Notes under the pieces: model-generated
Seen by the model: the letters and a program-made list of their open reading frames with translations, nothing else
What the model was told of the DNA's origin: nothing
Database searches by the model: none
Assembly: GCA_965216755.1 (NCBI GenBank)
Contig: CBDCGL010000011.1
Location: 4,416,001-4,480,000 of the forward strand
From: Alphaproteobacteria bacterium
GTDB lineage: Bacteria > Pseudomonadota > Alphaproteobacteria > UBA7887
Reading direction: 5' to 3'
DNA: 64,000 bases
In this document: positions 58,008 through 64,000 of the stretch, piece by piece
How the letters are laid out: every line of letters starts with the position of its first letter
Numbering within the stretch: position 1 is the first letter of the stretch
Translations under genes and position numbers: made by a program

Positions 58008-60130
58008 GCTGTGTGAAATTGACCGCCAGCCTTAGCCATATCGCGCAGCATTTCGGGCGGTGTGAATCGCGCGCCATGTCGCTGAGCCAAAGAGTCACAG
58101 GCGGCGGTAAACGCTTCGGCACCGACGGTGTCGATCAGCGAAAGCGGGCCGCCGGTGTGGGGCGCGAAACCCCAGCCAAGGATGGCGCCGACATCGCCGT
58201 CGGCCGGATCCAATAGCACGCCTTCCTGTAAGCAACGCACTGTTTCGACCGCTTGAACGAAAAGTAGACGTTGTTTGAGTGCTTCGACATCAGGCTGGTC
58301 ACCGCGCGCCGGAAAGTCTTCGCTCAGGCCCGGCCACAGGCGCTTGCCGTCGTTCGACGGATAGTCGTAAAAGCCTTTTGCACTTTTGCGTCCGAGGCGG
58401 CCATGCGTGCTGACCATGGTGTCAAGAACGCCGTCGCCGGGTCCGGGCCCGTAGTCGTCGCCAAGGTCCCTGCGTGTTTGCGCGCGAACTTTGTGCATCA
58501 GATCCAATGACACTTCATCGGCAACCGCCAACGGTCCCACCGGCATGCCGGCCAGCTTGCCGGCATTTTCGATCAGGGCCGGTTTGATGCCTTCGTCCAG
58601 CATGGCCAAGCCTTCTTGGACATAGGTCGCGAAAACGCGACTCGTATAGAAGCCGCGGCTATCGGTGACCACGATCGGTGTCTTGCCAACTTGTTTGACA
58701 TAGTCCATGGCGGCGGCCAGACACGCGTCGGATGTTCTCTCGCCGCGAATAATCTCGACCAACGGCATGCGTTCGACTGGCGAGAAAAAGTGCAAGCCGA
58801 TGAATTGCTCTGGCCGGGCGCTCGCTTCCGCCAAACCAGTTATCGGCAGGGTCGATGTATTGGATGCAAAAACGGCGTCGGGTCCGATCACGGCCTCGGA
58901 TTTGCGCGTCACGTCCGCTTTGATATCACGGTTCTCGAACACGGCCTCGATCACCAACTCGCAGCCGGCGAGGTCTTCAAAGCGATCGGTCGGTGTCAAG
59001 CGGGCCAGCACCGCGTCGCGTGCTTCCGGGGTCGCGCGGCCTTTTTCGACCTGACGCGACTGTAGCGCCGCGGCGTGGGCCTTTCCCGCTTCGGCCTTGT
59101 CTTTTGTCGAATCCAGTAGCACGACATCAAGCCCCGATTGGGCACTGACATGGCCGATACCGGCGCCCATCATGCCGGCGCCCAGCACGCCGATTTTTTT
59201 GAACGCCGCCGGCGCGTAACCGGCCGGCCGCCGCACCAATTTGTTGGCTGCGCCGATGTTGAAAAAGAATGTCCGAACCATGTTGCGGGCCACATCGCCC
59301 AGCAAAGTGTGTGCGAACCAGCGTGCTTCGATGCGCAGGCCGACATCGATCGTGACCTGTAGACCTTCGAAGACACATGACATGATCGCTTGGGGTGCGG
59401 GATAGTTGCCGCGCGTCTTTTCATGGAGCATGGCATTACCCGCCAGGAATGACTCCATCCCTGACTTGGTCCAGACGCCGCCGCCCGGCAGTTTGAATTT
59501 CTTGGTGTCCCATGCTTTGACCGGGTCGATCGTGTCGTCGGCGATTGCCGCTCTGGCGGCTTCGACCAGCATGTCGGGGGCGACAATGTCATCGACAATG
59601 CCTGCCTTTTGCGCGCCCGTGGCCGACAGTTTCTTACCTTCGACAAGCAGCAGCAGTGCCTCGCGCGCACCGACCATACGTGGCAAGCGTTGGGTGGCAC
59701 CACCGCCCGGCACCAGCCCCAAGGTGACTTCCGGCTGCCCGAAACGGGCGTGGGGCACGTCGGCAGCCAAACGGCGGTGGCACGCAAGCGCAAGCTCCTG
59801 TCCGCCGCCCAGGGCACTGCCATTCATGGCGGCGACAAACGGTTTGCCGCCCGTCTCCAACTTGCGCAGCACCGTTTGGAAGGTCTGGCAGGCGGCCATG
59901 GCCTGTTCCGCCGTTCTGACTTGCATGAGCGCGTCCAAATCGGCGCCGGCCAGGAAGGTCGATTTGGCGGATGTCATGACGGCGCCGACGACTGACTGGT
60001 CGCCAAGCACTGTGTCGACCGCCTGGTCCAGCGCGGCCGTAAAATCGGCGTTGATCACATTGGCGCTGCGGCCCGGCATGTCCATAGTGAGGACAGCGAT
60101 GCCGTCGCTGCCCAGCGCATAGTCGATCAT
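58004..60130 (-). CDS. Multifunctional enoyl-CoA hydratase / 3-hydroxyacyl-CoA dehydrogenase (FadJ/FadB-like)
   Basis: AGADL, GSALGGG.E, PEV.LGL.PGGG, GAGMMGAG, EAVFE, SNTSTL, GLHFFSPV. Confidence 0.95.
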   Translation of the reverse strand: MIDYALGSDGIAVLTMDMPGRSANVINADFTAALDQAVDTVLGDQSVVGAVMTSAKSTFLAGADLDALMQVRTAEQAMAACQTFQTVLRKLETGGKPFVAAMNGSALGGGQELALACHRRLAADVPHARFGQPEVTLGLVPGGGATQRLPRMVGAREALLLLVEGKKLSATGAQKAGIVDDIVAPDMLVEAARAAIADDTIDPVKAWDTKKFKLPGGGVWTKSGMESFLAGNAMLHEKTRGNYPAPQAIMSCVFEGLQVTIDVGLRIEARWFAHTLLGDVARNMVRTFFFNIGAANKLVRRPAGYAPAAFKKIGVLGAGMMGAGIGHVSAQSGLDVVLLDSTKDKAEAGKAHAAALQSRQVEKGRATPEARDAVLARLTPTDRFEDLAGCELVIEAVFENRDIKADVTRKSEAVIGPDAVFASNTSTLPITGLAEASARPEQFIGLHFFSPVERMPLVEIIRGERTSDACLAAAMDYVKQVGKTPIVVTDSRGFYTSRVFATYVQEGLAMLDEGIKPALIENAGKLAGMPVGPLAVADEVSLDLMHKVRAQTRRDLGDDYGPGPGDGVLDTMVSTHGRLGRKSAKGFYDYPSNDGKRLWPGLSEDFPARGDQPDVEALKQRLLFVQAVETVRCLQEGVLLDPADGDVGAILGWGFAPHTGGPLSLIDTVGAEAFTAACDSLAQRHGARFTPPEMLRDMAKAGGQFHTA

Positions 60131-60166
60131 GTCATCACCTTGGTTCGCCGGCCGTCGTGCCGGGTT

Positions 60167-61378
60167 CTAGGAAATTCGTTCGATGATCGTTGCAGTGCCC
60201 ATGCCCGCGCCGACGCACAACGTCGCGAGACCGGTTTCCAGGTCGCGCCGTTCCATTTCGTCGAGCAGCGTACCCAAGATCATCGCGCCGGTGGCGCCAA
60301 GCGGATGGCCCATCGCGATCGCGCCGCCATTGACATTGATCTTGTCGTGGGGCACCCCGAGCGCTTCCATATAGCGCAACACGACCGCCGCGAAGGCCTC
60401 ATTGAGTTCATACAGATCGACATCGCCGACCGACATGCCGGCGCGTTTCAACGCCTTTTCGGTCGCTGCGCTGGGGCCGGTCAACATGATCGTCGGCTCG
60501 CTGCCGACCGACGCAAAAGCGCGAATGCGGGCGCGTGCTTTCAGGCCCTGGGCGGCGCCGGCTTCATCGGTGCCGACCAACACTGCGGCCGCGCCATCAA
60601 CGATACCGGAAGAATTGCCGGCATGATGAACATGCGTGATGCGCTCGACATCCGGGTAGCGCTGGATGGCGACACTGTCGAAGCCAAAGCTTTCACCTTG
60701 CGTGGCAAATGACGGGTTCAGCGCCGCCAAAGACTGCATGGTGGCGTCAGGGCGCATATGCTCGTCATGGTCCAACACGGTCAGTCCATTTTGATCCTTG
60801 ACGGGCACCACAGAAGTCGCGAAATGGCCTTTATCCCAGGCATTTGCGGCACGTTTTTGAGACTCGACGGCATAGCTGTCCAGATCGTCGCGGCTATAGC
60901 CGTGGCGCGTGGCGATCAGATCGGCCGAGATTCCTTGCGGTACGAAATACGTCTTGAATGCAACGTCCGGGTCAAGGCCCCAGGCACCACCGGTCGAAAA
61001 CATCGGCACTCGCGACATAGATTCGACCCCGCCGCCGATGGCCATATCGGATTGACCCGACATCACTTGGCCGGCCGCCATGTTGACGGCTTCCAGGCCG
61101 GACGCGCAAAACCGATTGATCTGAACACCCGCGACCGACTCGGCATAATCCGCATAGAGCACCGCCAGACGCGCGATGTCGGCGCCTTCTTCGGCCACCG
61201 GTTCGACCACGCCCAGAACCACGTCGTCGACGGCGGACGTGTCCAGACCATTGCGGTCGCGCAACGCAGTCAGCGCCCCTGCGGCCAGCCGAATCGGTGT
61301 GACCTCGTTGAGGGCGCCATCAGCCTTACCGCGACCCCGCGGTGTGCGCACGGCATCATAGATATAGGCGTCGGTCAT
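60167..61378 (-). CDS. Acetyl-CoA C-acyltransferase (thiolase)
   Basis: [40 protein letters not shown]; RBS AGGAG. Confidence 0.96.
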   Translation of the reverse strand: MTDAYIYDAVRTPRGRGKADGALNEVTPIRLAAGALTALRDRNGLDTSAVDDVVLGVVEPVAEEGADIARLAVLYADYAESVAGVQINRFCASGLEAVNMAAGQVMSGQSDMAIGGGVESMSRVPMFSTGGAWGLDPDVAFKTYFVPQGISADLIATRHGYSRDDLDSYAVESQKRAANAWDKGHFATSVVPVKDQNGLTVLDHDEHMRPDATMQSLAALNPSFATQGESFGFDSVAIQRYPDVERITHVHHAGNSSGIVDGAAAVLVGTDEAGAAQGLKARARIRAFASVGSEPTIMLTGPSAATEKALKRAGMSVGDVDLYELNEAFAAVVLRYMEALGVPHDKINVNGGAIAMGHPLGATGAMILGTLLDEMERRDLETGLATLCVGAGMGTATIIERIS

Positions 61379-61422
61379 ATTGGATCTCCTTGCGCGGCAA
61401 GTATCATTGCAATTGCACTGCC

Positions 61423-62577
61423 TTACAGGCTTCGGCTGATGAGCTCTTTCATGATCTCAGATGTTCCCCCGTAGATTCGCTGCACGCGGGCATCGGCCCA
61501 GGCGCGGGCGATCGGATACTCCCACATATAGCCGTAGCCGCCATGCAGCTGCACACAACTGTCGATCACGCGACACTGCATTTCCGACAACCACAGTTTG
61601 GCCATCGCGCCCATAGTGGCGTCAAGCCGACCGTCACGATGCAAACGAAGGCAATGATCGACGAACACGCGGCCGACTTCGACCTCGGTCTTGAGCTCGG
61701 CCAAGGTGAAGCGGGTATTTTGGAAGCTGGCGATCGGCTTGCCGAAAGCTGTGCGCTCGCGGGTATAGTCGATGGTCCCTTGCAGCGCGGCCTCGGCGGC
61801 CGCGATCGCGCCGACCGCGATAATTAGTCGTTCTTGCGCTAGCTCCTGCATCAAATAACCAAAGCCTTGGTTTTCTGCACCCAGCAGATTGCTGCGCGGC
61901 ACGCGCACATTGTCGAAGAACAGCTCGGACGTGTCCTGGGCCTTTAAGCCGGTCTTCTCCAGATTGCGGCCCCGGCTGTAGCCCTCGCGTTCGGCTTCGA
62001 CCAAGACCAAGCTGGTGCCATGGGCGCCGCGCGACGTGTCGGTTTTCGCAACCACAATGATCAAATCAGCGTTTTGGCCATTGGTTATGAATGTCTTTTG
62101 CCCGTTGATGATGAAGTCGTCGCCATCGGCTGTCGCGGTGGTCTTAACGCCCTGCAGATCGCTGCCCGTACCTGGCTCGGTCATCGCGATGGCACCGATC
62201 GTGTCCCCGCGGACCATGCGCGGCAGCCAAGTTTGTTTTTGCGCTTCGGAGCCAAAATGCACGATGTAGGGCGCGACGATGTCGGAATGCACGGCGAAGC
62301 CCGGGCCCGACGCGCCAGCGCGGGCGAGTTCATCCAAAATGATCGCCGCGAACAGGAAGTCCGCACCCACGCCGCCATATTCCTCCGGAACGCTTGTGCA
62401 CAGAAACCCGGCTTCGCCGGCTTTTTGCCAGAATTCGCGCGGGACGATACCGTCAGCCTCCCACTTGGCGTGGTGCGGCGTGACCTCTTTCTCGATAAAG
62501 CGCCGCACGGAGTCACGAAACAGCTCGTGGTCGGGCCCGTATAGGGACGCCGCTTCCGGATGGGTCATGCCGGTCAT
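61423..62577 (-). CDS. Acyl-CoA dehydrogenase
   Basis: [50 protein letters not shown]. Confidence 0.96.
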   Translation of the reverse strand: MTGMTHPEAASLYGPDHELFRDSVRRFIEKEVTPHHAKWEADGIVPREFWQKAGEAGFLCTSVPEEYGGVGADFLFAAIILDELARAGASGPGFAVHSDIVAPYIVHFGSEAQKQTWLPRMVRGDTIGAIAMTEPGTGSDLQGVKTTATADGDDFIINGQKTFITNGQNADLIIVVAKTDTSRGAHGTSLVLVEAEREGYSRGRNLEKTGLKAQDTSELFFDNVRVPRSNLLGAENQGFGYLMQELAQERLIIAVGAIAAAEAALQGTIDYTRERTAFGKPIASFQNTRFTLAELKTEVEVGRVFVDHCLRLHRDGRLDATMGAMAKLWLSEMQCRVIDSCVQLHGGYGYMWEYPIARAWADARVQRIYGGTSEIMKELISRSL

Positions 62578-62760
62578 ACTATGCCTTTCATGAATATGCG
62601 CATGTACGGCGCGCCGCGTGTCACCATAGCATCTAGCTCGTCAGGCGGGGAATTGCGGATCGGGTCTGTGGCAATTGCGTCGCAGCCTTGACGTCTCTAA
62701 CCAACGCCGAAACCATCGCTGCAATCCGCATTTTTCCCGATCGTGATTAGGAGTTGACCA

Positions 62761-62975
62761 CTGCCGATACCCGCATAAATTGCCACGCGCTTGAGCCTTT
62801 CGGCGATCGCCGCGCCGATGTTTCTCGTGTCCGGTCCAGAGATTGTTGTGGCTGCCTGTCAGGCCGGCGTTGTTGGAACATTTCCAGCGCTTAACGCGCG
62901 CCCCATCGAAACCCTCGATGCTTGGATGGATCAGATCGCGCGCGCGTGTGCGGTCGCGGCGGCGACCGGCGTTAG
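62761..62975 (+). pseudogene. Nitronate monooxygenase-family 5' fragment
   Basis: AGGAG RBS, CTG in place of ATG at 62761, in-frame TAA at 62776, then LSLSAIAAPMFLVSGPE.V.A.C.AG.VGTFPALNARP; homology ends where the convergent gene ends. Confidence 0.75.
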
Positions 62976-63706
62976 GCCGCCGCGGTGCGCGTTGCGGTCG
63001 GCATGTCGATTTCGCGCCAACGGTGGCAAGTCGTGGTGTGGTCCAGGTCGATATGTTGCACCGATAGCGCGGTGGTCGTGCAGGCATCCGTCGCGTTTTG
63101 ACAACGTGATCCGAAAGGGCAGCCGACTGCGATCTGCGGCGTTGGTGCACTGTCACCGGTGCGCAGGGCGGCCCTGTAAGGGTGAACGAATGGGTCGGCC
63201 GCCGTTTCGCGCCGAAACTGCTCAACCAGGCGGCCGCCGCACAACACAGCCGTCGCGGCGCAGGTCGTTTCGAAAAGCTCTGGCCGGCGATCTACGACGA
63301 TGGCCGCGATACCCGTCGCTTGCGCCCAGGTCTGCAAGCCCGAGAGCGGGACCGCCGCACCCGAGTTCTGATGGGCGCTCATACTGTCCACGACGACCAG
63401 TCGAACCGCGGCCTTCTCGGCCGCTTCCAGGCTGTCGCGGTCAAGTTTAGCGATCGACATGATGGCGGTGGTGATGTGGTCCGGTGCGCGCACGAGATCG
63501 CTCCGGCCGCACAGGATCCGGCCGGACACAATCCGCATGGAATCATTTGGGGTCTCGGTCAAAACTCGGCAGAGAACCGTTTTGCCGGCGCCTGCGCCGC
63601 CGCAGACGCCGAGGACTTCGCCAGCTTCGGCATACAGACCTTCGATGCTGAGTACGGTCCGATGGCTGGCAACGACTTCCAACTGATGAATGTAAAGCGC
63701 CGTCAT
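62972..63706 (-). CDS. Degenerate DppD/OppD-like ABC ATPase with oligo_HPY C-terminal domain
   Basis: Walker A GGAGAGKT, Walker B-like LVVVDS, HPY...GCPF..RC...C...CH; no Q-loop or LSGGQ segment. Confidence 0.65.
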   Translation of the reverse strand: MTALYIHQLEVVASHRTVLSIEGLYAEAGEVLGVCGGAGAGKTVLCRVLTETPNDSMRIVSGRILCGRSDLVRAPDHITTAIMSIAKLDRDSLEAAEKAAVRLVVVDSMSAHQNSGAAVPLSGLQTWAQATGIAAIVVDRRPELFETTCAATAVLCGGRLVEQFRRETAADPFVHPYRAALRTGDSAPTPQIAVGCPFGSRCQNATDACTTTALSVQHIDLDHTTTCHRWREIDMPTATRTAAA

Positions 63707-63860
63707 TTCAGAAGCTGGCCCGTAGTTTGGCTACCGATGTGCATATCAGAGACTTTAGGGGCTGGTCCTTAACGTGCCTTGAAAGGCCTTATGGCAAAAC
63801 GCCAATGGCACAATGTTGTCACTGGTTTGGGTGACCATGTCGGCGTTAGGGTCGTGCCCA

Positions 63861-63903
63861 TAAAGAAGCCGCCGAAACCATGGATAGCAGAGGTCCGGCG
63901 GCT
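63861..63903 (-). terminator. Rho-independent terminator on the minus strand
   Basis: AGCCGCCG...CGGCGGCT stem followed by TCTTTA. Confidence 0.55.
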
Positions 63904-64000
63904 AGGGGCCGGCGCGCTGATGGGTGGGGGGTAGCACGCCAGCAAGGCTTATGTCTCCTAAGTGTGTCTTTTATGGCACACATACAAGGGAAGCAAGTTG

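Noticed and set aside
58004-62577. Acyl-CoA dehydrogenase-thiolase-FadJ cluster
   Set aside because: Standard beta-oxidation operon.

Overview
A GC-rich stretch of bacterial chromosome, most likely alphaproteobacterial (Rhodospirillales-like). This is inferred from the aa3-type coxBA, CpaF, the RT0821/17-kDa-antigen-like domains, the cyclase-TolB-TPR proteins and the divergent PEPC. About 55 CDS are present, mostly metabolic or envelope genes: a cytochrome c peroxidase 3' end, coxB-coxA, hemN, a MetE-like enzyme, DUF1800/DUF1501, glnS, an OmpA-family protein, a 914-aa peptidoglycan-binding protein, mscS, a subtilase, pirin, aguB with a polyamine aminotransferase, transporters, a ppc-like gene, korAB and a beta-oxidation cluster. 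I found no rRNA, tRNA, CRISPR array, prophage or intact transposase. The most unusual region is 35-46.6 kb. It holds a tandem pair of membrane class III cyclase-TolB-TPR receptors (one degenerate and frameshifted, one intact), an IS5 relic, and a promoter/terminator-bounded multi-hairpin sRNA candidate. It also holds a 67-aa stand-alone microprotein that copies the intact cyclase's transmembrane segment (24/31 aa identical, with many synonymous changes), an orphan CpaF ATPase and a perfect 24-bp inverted-repeat element. Other oddities are a Glu-His-Ser subtilase, a degenerate methyltransferase, a degenerate DppD-like ATPase that keeps its four C-terminal Cys, and a second sRNA-like element at the window end. 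All calls rest on motif recognition by eye; no database search was run.
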